DNA from: Narcine bancroftii
Lineage: Eukaryota
Assembly (NCBI RefSeq): GCF_036971445.1
Contig: NC_091478.1
Location: 14,322,001-14,386,000, forward strand
Direction of reading: 5' to 3'
DNA: 64,000 nt
A program made the position numbers and the translations under genes. Below are positions 49,681 to 62,703 of this stretch, piece by piece. Within the stretch, counting starts at the first letter, position 1. Every line of letters starts with the position of its first letter. The notes beneath the pieces were generated by a model. That model had not been told where the DNA came from, did no database searches, and worked only from the letters and a program-made list of their open reading frames with translations.

Positions 49681-52185
49681 ACTCCTACTTCCCTGTAAAA
49701 ATATGGGAAGTACTTTAAGGAACGCATACCTTGAAATTCATAATCCTTATGCTCTATTCCAAAGTGTGATGTGATAATGACTGTTTCTGGGTTGTTCTAT
49801 ATCACTCTGGGAATTGAACCAAGTATATATGTGTGTGCTTTACCCTTGGAGAAACAAGATATGGTGGAAGTTGGAATCTGTAGCAAGGAGCTAACTGCTG
49901 GAGGAACTCAGTCAGTCAGGCAGATTCTGTGTGAAAGCAAAATATAAGGATTAAAATGCAAATTGCAAGGAAAGTCTGCATCTAGCCAGTAGATGTTGAT
50001 GTAAATCATGCAATCTCCTAGTAACATCTTGCTTCAAGTTTAGCTACCTCTCTCTGTGCTTTTGAGATGAGATGGTCAGTTTTGAATTTTCTTTGTTCTG
50101 CGAAGATGGAGGATCTTGGGATAGACCAAAAACTTTTATTGACCATTTTAAGTCTCTTATAAGCATCATTTAATTGTATAAGAAAGTAGTAATAATGTAG
50201 TAACTGATAAGGTTTAATAAACCTTGAAAAACTCAACTGCAACTTTAGTACACACTTTTTTTGAATGAGTCATAAACAAGGACTCTCCAAATGACTATAA
50301 AGGAAGATAGTCGTGACACGAAGGGATGGTCAATGTTTTGCGTTGAGACCCTGCACCAGGACTGCTTTATCCTTGTGCTACTGATGTCATTCCCCATGCT
50401 TCACTTATTTGTAGCATTGCAGGACAACTTGCATCTCTGTCCCAGGACGATGTATTGTTAAGCAATCCCAGTGTGATATGGTCTTCCCAGATCAGAGTGG
50501 ATCTCTTGCCATGGAAGTCCATTACTTCTTACTTCATCCCCACTGTTAACAATGCAGTGCCCCATGACTTCACCCATCATTACCATCCAAACATTGTGGA
50601 TCTCACCAACACTTATCGCCCAAGTATTATGAGACTCTAACTCCATCCTTTCCTGCACCCTGCCAATGGTATTAACCCATCTAAAACAATAGTCATTGGG
50701 CATTTTGAAACCTTTGACTGTGGGCATATCTAGTTTGCAGGATAGGTGTATAAACCTGAACGAGCTTTGCCCTTGCCCCATTTCCACCCAACTCCCCTGA
50801 CCCTAGCCCCTGCTGCTATGCCATCTAACACAGCTAGATGACAACAGAAGAAGAAAAAAATGGGGGTGCTGCAAAAGCTGCTGCAACAGTAGTACTTCTG
50901 CTGGTATGGACCCAGGAAGGGGTGGGGGGTGGAGGGACCGGAGACACAGAAGTGCTCAGTCGGGTCCTACTGCTCAGTCCCAAGGCCAACAGCTCCACAT
51001 GTGTATTAAAAGGCCGGTTAAATGAACCGACTGTGATTTTTCAAATCCTGCAAACATAGGGTCTGTGTCCAAGATGGCCATGCCTGTGGTGGGCCATGCC
51101 TGTGCTGGGTTGCAGACTCTAGGAAGCAGCGGACCAGCGCAGGGCCCCTGAAACAGGGAAGATGCTCCCCCCCCACCACCACCACATTGAGAAGGAGGAG
51201 CATAGGTCACAGCCCTATAGATTGGTGGCCTCTGCAGCAGACCAGCGAGCGGCTCAGCAGTGAAGGGTCCAGAGCGGCCACGGGCTGCTGGCAACGCGGT
51301 CGGAGGACTCACACAGGCTGGAGACTGCCTTATGGGAACCAGGTACCGGAACCAGGATTCAAGAGGACAAGAAGGACTCCCAAAAGGACTCGGATGCTGA
51401 AGGCTTCCTGATCGTATGGGAGGTTTGAATTTGGAGCTTTGGTTGCTGATGGTTTGAACAGGAACCTGTATAGCTGCAGGAGTGTTGAAGGCAATTCCAC
51501 AGTTACTCAGTGTCTCTGATTCTCTTTCTCCTATTGTTAGAGGCAACTGGCAATGCTCATGGTGACTTTTTTGTTTGCCTATGGCAGACAAAAGATGAAC
51601 TACTTTGAAAATACAATTACAACAAATAAAAAGTTCAAGTTTAACACAGTAATTTCACACATAAAAAACAATTTTGTTCAACTGAAGTTATACTAGTTAT
51701 TTCCCTTTGGTTTCCACGTAACTTGAAGGAACCGACAATTATCCACCAATCAAGCAAACATTTGTTAGTTATCTTTAATTAGCTGCAAAATGTGGCCAGG
51801 CCAAATCCAGCAGGGCAGCTAGGCATCTCAGTCACACAAGGACAAATAGGAAAAATAACATACACACACAATGCTGGAGAAGCTCAGCAGGTTAAACAGT
51901 GTCCTTTATAGAGCGGAGCTAAAGATTCATAATCAACGTTTCAGGCTTGAGCCCTTCATCAAGGTGCCTGCATGGGTTTTCCCAGGTGCTCCAATTTATT
52001 CCCACCTGTTATGTATCTATCTCTGCTCCATAAAGGACACTATTTGACCTCCAGCGTTGTGTTTTCAGTTCAACCACGGTGACTGCTGACTTAATATTTA
52101 GAGGAATTGGAAAAACATATTTTTGAACATAATAAGGGCATATTTGTGTATTGTAAAACATCTTTTCTCTCTATTTTCCATATAG

Positions 52186-52337
52186 CAAGAAAAAAACAAA
52201 AGATGAAGAAAGAAAGGATCCTGAAATAGCTGATCATCACACACGGATTGTTGCACCCACATTTCTCTATAATATGAACTTCAAAATTCTAGGAAAATGC
52301 ATTATTATTAATAATAAGAATTTTGATGATGTAACAG
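52186..52337 (+). CDS. CASP7: Caspase-7 coding exon 2
   Basis: atag|(S)[50 protein letters not shown]|gtattg; phase 2/1. Confidence 0.95.
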
Positions 52338-53743
52338 GTATTGTATTACTTGTGTAACAATCCACAGTATAAGATTGCTAAACTGGCTCTGTTTGTGCAA
52401 AGTAACTTTCTCCTCACATTGGATTGTTGTTTGGCCATTAGAATCTTGGAGAACATGTAACGTCCGTTATAAAAAATAAGCAGTGCATCTTAATTCCTCA
52501 TTACCCAAAGAAAAAGTTGCAAGTTGTGTCCTGAACTGATTTTTTTTCTTCTCTGATTTGCCTTTCTCCCGTTGTATAAATTATTATTCCGGTTGAGGAA
52601 GCGATACATCAGAATACAACTGCAAGGTAAAGAGGAGCAGAAAATTACCAAAGGGTTTAAAAAAAAAATGCAAGTGGGAAGATTTTCATATCAGCAATGG
52701 AGTCCAATGGAGCCAGGGAAATGAGAACTATAGACGCTGGAGATCTGAAATACAAATAGAAAAAAAACTGTAAATACTCAGCAGGTCAAGTGGTACCCGT
52801 GGAAAGAGAGACGATGTTACAGTTTTAGGATGAAGACTCTTCATCAGAGCAAGAAAGTAAAGCATATAGGTTAGCATTCAAGTTGCAGGATGTGTACGGG
52901 AGGAGTGAACAGGACAAGCAGGGGTTAGACCAGATAAAGTGAGCCCACGATGCTCCACAGATGCTGAAAATGGTTCATGGACTAATTGAGAAGTATTATT
53001 ATAAAAGTAGTTCAGAAAATACCTATTTGCCCATACTATTTAAATGTAGCATTTGCTGACCCAAAATACCATTGATGTACTTGGGGGGAGGGGGGAAATA
53101 AAAGGATGTTACGCTTTTGTTCAAGAATGCGAGAATGGACAGAAAATTCAGACTTGAAAATATTGGCTTGAGATGCAAGATAGGATGATTCAGGATCATT
53201 TTGAAACTGAACCTTGTTCTGTAGATCAATAGGCAATTGTGGTAACGTGAATCACAATGTCCATACTTGTGTGAGTGCCCTACCATCGTGGCATTATTCT
53301 GTGTGGTTGAGCCTTCAAATAACTACAAAATACCCAACATAAAATCTCAACCTAATTTAAAACTCCCAAAACTAGGAAATGAAACATGGCCCAAAGGATT
53401 GCTGCTCCTCTCCACCCCCCACCCCCACCTCAAACCCAGAATTAAATAGAAGGCGGATTGCAAAGCTTGAAGACCCCCTTTTCTCTGAATACCCTACTGG
53501 TCAAGGTGAGATGAGAACAAGGTAGGGTTAAGCATGTGCTTGGTACTTACACTGGCTCTTGGAGGTCATGCTAAAATCTTTCCTCGTAGACAAAACAAGC
53601 TTGGCATAGCTTCTGTTCACTGTTGATTCCTGCTGCTGACATGTGGAAATGAAACAAAATCTCTTTTGTTAATGATGGGAAATCTGGTGGTACCAGGAGA
53701 GAGTCAAGTCATGGTTGGTCTATTTTATGGCTATGTAAATAAC

Positions 53744-53919
53744 AAAGCAGGAAAAACCCAACAACCAACCCCAACCAACCAATTTTCCCCTGCAACCGAT
53801 GCAACCGTGTCTGCCTGTCCCGCATCGGACTTGTCAGCCACAAATGAGCCTGCAGCTGACGTGGACATTTACCCCCTCCATAAATCTTCGTCCGCGAAGC
53901 CAAGCCAAAGAAGAAAAAG
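53744..53919 (+). mobile_element. RTE LINE 3' fragment
   Basis: Same terminal sequence as 47837-47970; aaataac duplication at 53737-53743 and 53920-53926. Confidence 0.85.
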
Positions 53920-54683
53920 AAATAACTGATGCAATGTTGGTATGCCTGCACTATTTGTTCAAGCATGCTTTTAAACCAGGGCAATTGTTTCTATCGTAAT
54001 CTGTAAGTCACAGGATTTATAAACAAATCTACAGTGTTGAAAGTTGATTTGAGCCTCTGCTTTTACCTTTGCAGACTGTTTATGGAACCCCTTGTCAATA
54101 CTCACACGTTCCAGGGTCCCACAGTAAAGGGGACGAATTGAAGGAGTGGGAAAATCCAAGTAATGCATAAATTAGAAACCAATAAATAGATTGATCAACC
54201 GCAACAAAATGTAATAGTTGCACACAAAACACAATAATGAAATAAATCCCAGGAAACCATGACGAAAGGAATAACTGCAACTCCCTAATCTGTAATACTT
54301 TCAGTAAACAAAAATCGTTTCAAGAATTTAACTGAGCCTTCACAAGCATCATGCAGTCAAACTGTCCAGTAGCTTCATAAACTAGACAAGAGTACACTTC
54401 TGTGAATACAACTAACTTTTTTTTAACCGATCATATTTATTCACTCCAACTTGACTACATTGAGACAAAGCTTCTGTCTCCAAAATTATAAGGCTGATTC
54501 CTTATATTTGTTCTCTTAAGCTTTACCCAAATTCCTAGACTTCACTTCCTTTAAAGATCAAAGGTTAGTAAAAACTATACATATATTCACTATAATTTTT
54601 AGAATAATTGTAAGATATTTGACATGTTTGAATTTACTTTAACATCTTCAGCTGTTCTGGTCCATGTGCACTGTGTTTTCCAG

Positions 54684-54812
54684 AAATGAATGTGCGTAAT
54701 GGTACAGATATTGATGCTGGAAATCTGTACAGGTGTTTTAGCTATTTGGGTTTCCATGCTGCGGTGTTAAATGACCAGACTTGTTCTCAGATGAAGAGGA
54801 TTCTACAAGGTG
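54684..54812 (+). CDS. CASP7: Caspase-7 coding exon 3
   Basis: ccag|(E)MNVRNGTDIDAGNLYRCFSYLGFHAAVLNDQTCSQMKRILQG|gtgagt; 129 nt; phase 1/1. Confidence 0.95.
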
Positions 54813-55099
54813 GTGAGTAAATGTTTAAGTCTTTAGATTTCCTTAATTAAGCAATAAGATCGAATCACAACTTGATCTGAATATATTAATCGTTACTGAT
54901 CAAGCATGAATTCTTCTAAATGTTGCACTGATATTCCAAGCTATTTTAGAATTGATTACATTCCACTTTTGTTAGAAAGCACTAGTCACTCTTGGTTAAA
55001 AGAAATAAGGTGAACTTAGATTTGTCTAGTCTGATAGATTAACAATAAACTAAGGGGTAGGAAATTAAAAAAATTGAAATGAGAAATTCTGGAAATTTT

Positions 55100-55720
55100 A
55101 AACAAAAACAGAAAATGCTGGAAAAACTCAGCATGTCAGATAGCATCTGTGGGAAGCCAAGGTTTGGGACATCACTGAGCACCTTCGCTCTGTCTGCATC
55201 AGTGACAGGGATCTCCCAGTGGCGAACCATTTCAATTCTGCACCCCACTCCCATGCTGACATCTCTGTCCACGCCCTCAGGTACCGTCAAACCAAAACCA
55301 CCCGTAAATTGGAGAACCAACACCGAATTTTACATTTGGGCACTCTCCAACCAGATGGCATTAATATCGACTTCTCTGATTTCTGCTAGCCTACTCCCCT
55401 TTCTCCCTCTCTTCCCCATCCCTTTGTGTTCTTTCCTTGAGCTCTCCACACCCTTCCCCCTTCCTCTTCTTTGCTGATGTGCCCTCCCTCCCTTAACAAT
55501 CTATTACCTCATGCCTATGAAACTGTCCTCCGCCCTCTGCCTCTCCCCCTCCCCACCATTTTGTTCGGGCACCTGCCTACATTTTCCTCATACCTTGATG
55601 AAGGGCTCAAGCCTGAAACGTTGGTTATGTATCTTTATAAAGTAGACGTTGGACCTGCTGAGTTTCTCCAGCATCGTGTTTCTACTTCAGTCACGTGTCT
55701 GCAAACTTTCATGTTTTACT
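55100..55720 (+). mobile_element. Penelope-like element 3' end (GIY-YIG C-terminus and terminal cassette)
   Basis: ...DLPVANHFNS...KLENQHRILHLGTLQPDGINIDF-like sequence followed by the hammerhead-like cassette; an inverted copy of the cassette end lies at 55100-55155. Confidence 0.8.
55592..55625 (+). ncRNA. Minimal hammerhead-ribozyme-like motif (Penelope-associated, U3 variant)
   Basis: ACC-UUGAUGA-AGGGCUCAAGCCU-GAAACGUU-GGU: stem I ACC/GGU, stem II hairpin, palindromic ACGU in place of stem III. Confidence 0.55.
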
Positions 55721-56943
55721 CCTCTCGGTTCTTCATCCGAACTGGAATGGACCTGAAATGTTGACTGGTTCTTTCCAGCTGCCCATCCCTGCTGAATTTT
55801 TTCTTCCAGCATTTTCTGCTTTCGTCACTTGGAAAAATAAATTAGATAGAAACATGAAATCTAGGAAAATAGCAAATGCGTTTTTTAAACTTACTGTGAC
55901 AATGTCTAATTTGCACTTGTTATTTGCTGTCTGTAATTGATTTTTTTTCCCCCTAAAAAAGTTCTTGATATCTTTGGCAGCTGTTCTGACAATTGTGAGT
56001 AAATTACTTCTGAAAAGTAAAGGAATATTGGCAGAGAAAAAAAAAATCAGGACCATTTTCAGCAGTATTGCCCGGCTCTTGATGCACATTATCTAATCAG
56101 TAAGGTAAAAGTGATTTGACTGAGGTGCTCATAAAATAGTACCTGAGCCTGATGAACGAGGAAAGGAGGAAAATCAGAAAGGTGTAAACTTTAGGTGGGA
56201 CGTTGGTGTGAAAATAAACTGTTTAATAACAGTGAAGTTGACCTTAACGGTTGTAATATTACAGTTGCTTTTGGGTTAGGGTTAAGATCCTGTGTGTGAG
56301 CTAGTGGAAATCAGAAAAGGGGAAAGAGTGCTTCAACAAAGTCATTAATGTAACACCAATAAATTCCACTTTAATGAAAAGAGCAGAGACAAGGTAACAA
56401 CTAAAAAGCTTCAAAGTGCTGAAAAAACTCAGCAGGTCACACAACGTTCCTGAGGTAGCAAACGTTTTGTCAAGGGCTCGGGCCCAAAACATTGATTATA
56501 TATCTTTGCTACATAACTGGCATGACCTGCTGAGTTTCTCCAGCACTTTTGTCCATTAAATTACAATCACAGCTTCTGCAGACTTTCTTGTTCAAGTAAA
56601 CAACAATTGAATCTTGGTCAAAACTCCTTCAGGTTTAAAAAGCAACATTTTGGGTAAATGGGTAATGATCACAATTACAAAAACAGAACCACTGTCTGCA
56701 AGTGTCTGACGTGATGGTCTTTAACAGGGGAGTGGGCATCCTTAATTTTGATTTGTTGAGAAGGATAAACAGGTAATGTCGCAATTGTGGCACAAGACTG
56801 CTGGCATGTTCAACATGGTAGGAAGGGCCAACTATGTGATTGGTTTTAATTTTGTAATTCCGTAGTTACAATTTAATTTTATGCTTATTAATATGACAGC
56901 ACCTGGTTATCCTCTTGTGTACCTAAATATTTTGCATCTTTAG

Positions 56944-57119
56944 TTTCTCAGGAAAACCACAGCAACAGTGCATGTTTTGCCTGTATCCTCTTAAGCCATG
57001 GCGATGAAGGCAAGATCTATGGTACTGATGGACCAATGCCCATAAAGGCGCTTACTTCACTTTTCCGTGGTGATGTGTGCAAGACCCTTGTAGGGAAACC
57101 AAAACTCTTTTTCATTCAG
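56944..57119 (+). CDS. CASP7: Caspase-7 coding exon 4 (catalytic His)
   Basis: ttag|(V)[58 protein letters not shown]|gtaacg; 176 nt. Confidence 0.96.
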
Positions 57120-58249
57120 GTAACGTTATCACATAAAGCCTCCTCACAAACCAGCCTTCCAATAAAACTTCTCTTCATTGAGTTAAAGAAGGATTTGACT
57201 TTTCTAACAGCTGTCTCTACCTTCAACCTCCCCACTACCCACCCACCCCCATCCCACCACTCTTTGTCTGCTTTCACTCCACCCTACACTGCTCCATCTG
57301 TCATCATCCTTCCCTGGTCCACCTGTCACCCACTGACTCCATTCCCTCTCTTTAATACTACATCTTCCATCTCCTTTCTCAGTCTCGAAGCAGGATTTTG
57401 ACCCGAAACTTTGTCCTTTGCTCTCCCGTGTGCTGCTTGACCTGCAGAGATCCTTCACCAATTTGTTTGTGGATCTGGATTCCAGCAATCTCTTGAGTCT
57501 TCAATACGGGAGTAATACAGTATGCTAAATTATAACTGAAATTTTCCTTACCTGCATGCAAGGAATTCCCCTGCGTTAATCAGAGGAGATATTAATTACA
57601 GCATTCACAAGCCCAAATTCTATGGGAACTTCCGAGATCAAATTTTGCAGGAAATGTTCCTGTGGGTAAAGTAAAATGCTGTGAGTTTGAAAAGGAACAG
57701 AAGAAAAAAATCTATTGAGGGTGTTTCCCTTTACTTCACACAGTAATTTAAAGCTGATTAAGTTAAACCAGAAAAAGTCTGCATATGCTGTGATTGTTCT
57801 TTAATGCTCAGAGGTGCTGGAGAAACTCAATGGGTATGGGAAAGATACATGACCAACCCTGAGCCCACAAAAAGCAGGTCATAATAAAAGCCTGAATAAA
57901 ATGGTGGGGAGGGGTGGAGGGGCAGGGGGAGGAGAATTTACATATCAAATGAAAATTAGAAGCACAACCATTCTGGATATCAAATTCTATAATTATAATA
58001 ATTAAACAATTAAATCATAACTCATTATGTCCAAAATCAATATTGAACACAAAAATTATACAAATAATATTCTCCTACATAAAATATTTTACACTTCTCT
58101 CTTCAACAGTTTATATGGCCATGTCTAAGACAGTATAGTAGAAACCTACTTTGAATTTCTGCTTTGGATCTTGTGGTTCCTCTTCCTGGGCCTCGTACTC
58201 AAACTACTGTGTCTTTCTCCTGTCTCTCACTTGTTCTGTCGCAAAGTTT

Positions 58250-59221
58250 TAGAAGTATCTCTAGTTCCTTTGAATCTCAGTAGCACCATAGGGTAAAAGT
58301 GTGTGAGTCAATCATGGTGCCCCAACTCTACCATTGCAGATACTTATTGCTCTGTGGATCTGGAATACCTGATTATTTAGTCTAGACCTTTTTATCAACG
58401 ACAAAAGTTTGCCGTTGCAGTTTATGTACCACTGGGCTCTAATGCTAAGTAGCTATGAAAGACCTCAAGGCTGCTATCAGCAAGTAGCAGACGTTGCATC
58501 CAGATGGAGCCTTTCTTGTGCCTTGGGGACTTGAATCATTGCATCTGCATACTGTGCTTCCAAGATTTTACCAAAATTTAGCATGTACCACGAGGGGAAA
58601 TAAAACTTTAGATCAGGTTTATACAAATGAGATTGATGCTTGCAAAGCCACTACCCTCCCTCACCTGAGACAGTCTGATCATCTTTCACTGTTTCCTAAG
58701 CATAGCCCAATTAAATGTGTTAAACCTACAAAGAAGATGATTAAGATCTGGCTTGATTTCTTCTTCAGCAACATTTTCCACATACAGATTGGAATGTGTT
58801 TGTTGCTCATGCTACCACAGACTCTCAGATTGATATCAATTTATATACCAACTCTGTCCTGGAGTATATGAACACATGTGTGGATGGAATGACATCACAA
58901 AAACAAATTAAAAAAATTTTTCTAATCAAAAACTATGGATGAACAGCAAGGTTCGCCTCTGCTCAAAGACCGGTTTAGCATTCACTTCTAGAGACTGGGA
59001 AACTTGTGGCTCAGCCAGGGCCAATCTAAGGAGGGAAATCTCTCAGGTTAAACATACGTACATAGAAAAGATCGAAGAGCATTTCAACTCCTCGGACACC
59101 CAGCACATGTGGCACGGCATACAGATCATTACAGAGTATAAATCACCTCGTACTGTCCCCCCTTCTCGCTCTTCCTCCCTCTCTGAGGAGCTTAATTATT
59201 TCTTCGCTCACTTTGATCGAT
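58250..59221 (+). mobile_element. Rex1/Babar-like LINE endonuclease/linker fragment, degenerate
   Basis: TRGNKTLDQVYTN, PHLRQSDHLSLF, MWHGIQIITEYK, LSEELNYFFAHFD. Confidence 0.75.
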
Positions 59222-60940
59222 AGAACTTCAGGCTCACACATTTCCTTATCTGATGGTTTGATTATGTCAACAAAATGCACAATCATTGTCATTTGCTCAA
59301 TAGGACTAATATCAGGTGTGCAGTCCAGAATTTCTTTTCTTTGGCTTGGCTTCACGGACGAAGATTTATGGAGGGGGTAAATGTCCACGTCAGCTGCAGG
59401 CTCGTTTGTGGCTGACAAGTCTGATGCGGGACAGGCAGACACGGTTGCAGTGGTTGGAGGGGAAAATTGGTGGGTTGGGGTTGGGTGTTGGGTTTTTCCT
59501 CCTTTGCCTTTTGTCAGTGAGGTGGGCTCTGCGGTCTTCTTCAAAGGAGGTTGCTGCCCGCCAAACTGTGAGGCGCCAAGATGCACGGTTTGAGGCGATA
59601 TTAGTCCAGAATAATTGAATAATATTTGGCTGAGTTTGTATGTGTTAAAATCTGCTGCTTTATGGCACCTGCTAGAAGATGTATTCGCTCCTTTTGGATA
59701 TCTTTTCTGAGGTAGTGAACCAGTGCTTTTTGATCTTTAACTCTGCGCAAATGTTCATTCATGATGGGATCAAAAAGAGCCTGATATTCTACAAACTTTA
59801 AAAAACAATTCCATTGCTTGCTTTGTACAACTTTTCATTTGTACCACAGAATGATAAGTTTTGCATGCCAAGAACTCTAACCCAAGCAATCCAGTTTTGC
59901 AAGACTTGTCGCCAATATTGTTCTTCTTGCCGAATTTTCTGCTGGTTAATAGCATTGATTTTTTTCTTTTCCAAGGTCACACCAGGTCTGATAGTTTTCT
60001 AAATGATCAGTATTCCTCTCATGTGAAGAAAGAATTGCTCCAATGTTCTTCCAGTCTCTTGACCCTGTTTCTTGTAAGGAAGATGCACTTTTTTTGCTGA
60101 ACAACTAAACAAAAACAAGACACACCATTCAAGGGTGAATACATCAACCCTTGACGGCACACTTCTTCACCATTTGCTAGTCTCTTCTTGTAGTGTATCG
60201 GAGAAAATCATGTGATCCAACCTGCTGGGGTCCATGTTGTATTATAAGCTGTTGCAAATGATCACTGCAACAGTATGGCCAGTTGGCACGGTCATTGTCA
60301 TTCAAGTCAGGCACAATACCATCTTATTTTGCAGACCTCTCACTTTTCTTGACATCCTTTTTTCCCTCTGTGTGTTTTCTAGAAAGATCTCCAATTTGTG
60401 AAACTTCTGTCTTAGAGTTTTCATCATTTGTAGTAGGAGCACAACATTCAGCTCCCCCAGTGCAGAACAGTCATAATCTGTTCTTCATTTACTTCCTGTG
60501 GATGAAGGTATTTCAGCAAATAGCCCTCTTGCTTTGCTTGTTCCATAGCTTTTTCTGCATTTTGTTTGTGGAACTAAGCTCCAGAAGGTCCTTTTTTTTC
60601 ATCAGTTATTTATTTCCCACAATCTGAATCCCTAGAACCATAGAACGCTACAGCACAGAAAACAGGCCATACAATACATGAATTAGTACAGTATAAATGA
60701 AGAAATGAATATTCACTCACCGTCCTTCAAAGCCTGCCACACTACTCCACTCGACGTCAACGGGCTAATCGAAGCGCTGCCGATCGCGCCAGAAATACTT
60801 GCCTGCGCTGAACATTTCCCAGTCTGCACACGCGCCAACTGGCCCCAGTAACTAACCCACTGTGCATGCGCCAGCCAGCCCCGGTACTCCAATAAATCGC
60901 GCACGCAGAAAGCGTGCATGGCCTACAGGACATGTCAGGG
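59222..60940 (-). mobile_element. hAT-superfamily transposase remnant (ZMYM1/DUF4371-like)
   Basis: ILDCTPDISPIEQMTMIVHFVD, EEQYWRQVL, QNLSFCGTNEKLY fragments across frames; the upper boundary is approximate. Confidence 0.7.
59330..59602 (-). mobile_element. RTE LINE 3' fragment nested in the hAT remnant
   Basis: Reverse complement of the RTE 3' end; agtccaga TSD at 59322-59329 and 59603-59610. Confidence 0.85.
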
Positions 60941-62076
60941 CCAGTCAGTTTCCACAGGTTCACCACCATCAAGTCATTCTGTGCCACTTTATAATGGAAG
61001 TTTTGAACATTGACAATCATGGTTGTCTTTTGTATTTCAACAATTCAATTTAAAAAATGCTTCTTTTAGATGAGGTAAGGTGAGATAAGTACATGCACCA
61101 ACTGGATAGAAAATAGCGTCCTTACCAGTAACAGCAAGATTGAGTGAAGGGGTGTGGATTAACTGTCCACTTCAGCTGAAATATATTTCTCAGCACATTG
61201 TTTTCACTGTGTTCTAGGCAATGTTATAAATATTCCTTAGCAATGTAGGTAAAGGAAGGAAATACTACTTGTTTTAAACTGGGTTAAGAATCCTTCAAAG
61301 CATTAATTTTCAAGTCTGTACATCATAATTACAGGGTAATTCCATGTGACTGGTAAAGAATAGAAAACTTGAAGTACAATCAGAGAGTCTGGTACATGCT
61401 GCACTGCCTTTGTTTCTCTTTCTTACCCTGAACGTCTGCTTAAATTCATTTTGTTAATGCATAATAAGTAAATTTACTTGAAGTGGGAGCCAGTGGGTGA
61501 CATTTTAGAATTGTTTCAAATATAGAAATTAATTGAGTGGTAACTTAATAATTCTTAATTAATACACTTGAAAGTTGGTTTATCACAAAAATAGGAATTT
61601 TAAGTCATAGTGTGTCAATAATTCAATATAAAATGACTGCAACTGCAAGGAGTAATTTCATTAGTAAATTTAAACAAGATGCCCAAAAGATCCATAATTT
61701 TTTGGAACTTGCTTTATGTTCCTCAAACAAGGAACATGAGCAAAATCCCTCAGTGGTTCTGAATTTATCCTGCGGGCTCTGTTTACTTTTGCAAGTATCT
61801 CCTTTAGAAAAGGGCACAGAATTCTAAATGTACTTGGTATCTGTTACGCTGATGTTACACTGAGATTTGAGCAGAAACACTAGGGGTTAGAAGTTCTTTT
61901 TCAAATGTGCTAAATATACATTGCACTTTGCTTCTACATTTAGTTCCACTGACTTCCATATATTTCAGCATACACGAGTGGGTGAATTTATACTCCCAGT
62001 TGTGTATCAATCTTTGCACAATTTGAAGCAATTGGATTACACTTTTTATATAAAATTATTATAAACACTTTTTCCT

Positions 62077-62675
62077 CTTCGAAACTTTATTTATTAATTT
62101 TAACATATGAAGAAAGTAAGTAATTCACGTACAGAAAAAATACAAAATAAAGTAATACAAGTACAAAATAACAAAGTTAATACAATACCAATCTCGGCAT
62201 CTCCCCCTAACAACTAAAAACTAAGACTAAAAAAAACTATTTTTAACCCCTAAACCCCCCCCTCCCCACCCCCATGATAAAGAGTGAAGAATTAATACTA
62301 TTAGTATAATAAAAAATATATATATATAATCTTAAAAAAAGATCAATATATATAAAAAAATATTAATTAAGTATTAATTATTAATCCAAAAAATTTTTAT
62401 TATGTAAGAATATATATGAAAAAACAAAAAGAACTTAAATGAAAAAAAAACAACTAATAATTTAAAAAAACTTAAAAAAAGAAAACATATATAGAAAAAA
62501 TATAAAATTTTTAAAAAGTTTTTTTTAAAGAAAAAAAAAGATTAATTCAAACTTATTTAAATTGTATATAATCAATAAATGGGGTCCACTTAACTCATAA
62601 AAAGACATCTTATCTTGTATAGAAAAAGATATTCTTTCCATAACCAAACAAAACTTCATCTCTGAATACCACCTA
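62077..62675 (-). mobile_element. L1-like LINE 3' fragment (second subfamily) inserted antisense in the CASP7 3' splice-site region
   Basis: IRWYSEMKFCLVMERISF resembles the QQWYIEMNKCIPLEKIT ORF2 end; 16-bp TSD ataaacactttttcct at 62061-62076 and 62676-62691. Confidence 0.85.
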
Positions 62676-62703
62676 ATAAACACTTTTTCCTGGCTTTTTT
62701 CAG

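Noticed and set aside
50820-51600. 205-aa minus-strand ORF and GC-richer segment
   Set aside because: No recognisable domain or splice structure; it resembles 32380-32520 in reverse, so it is probably an unclassified interspersed repeat.
59222-60940. Domesticated ZMYM1-like host gene
   Set aside because: Multiple frameshifts and stops plus an RTE insertion; a decayed hAT transposon.
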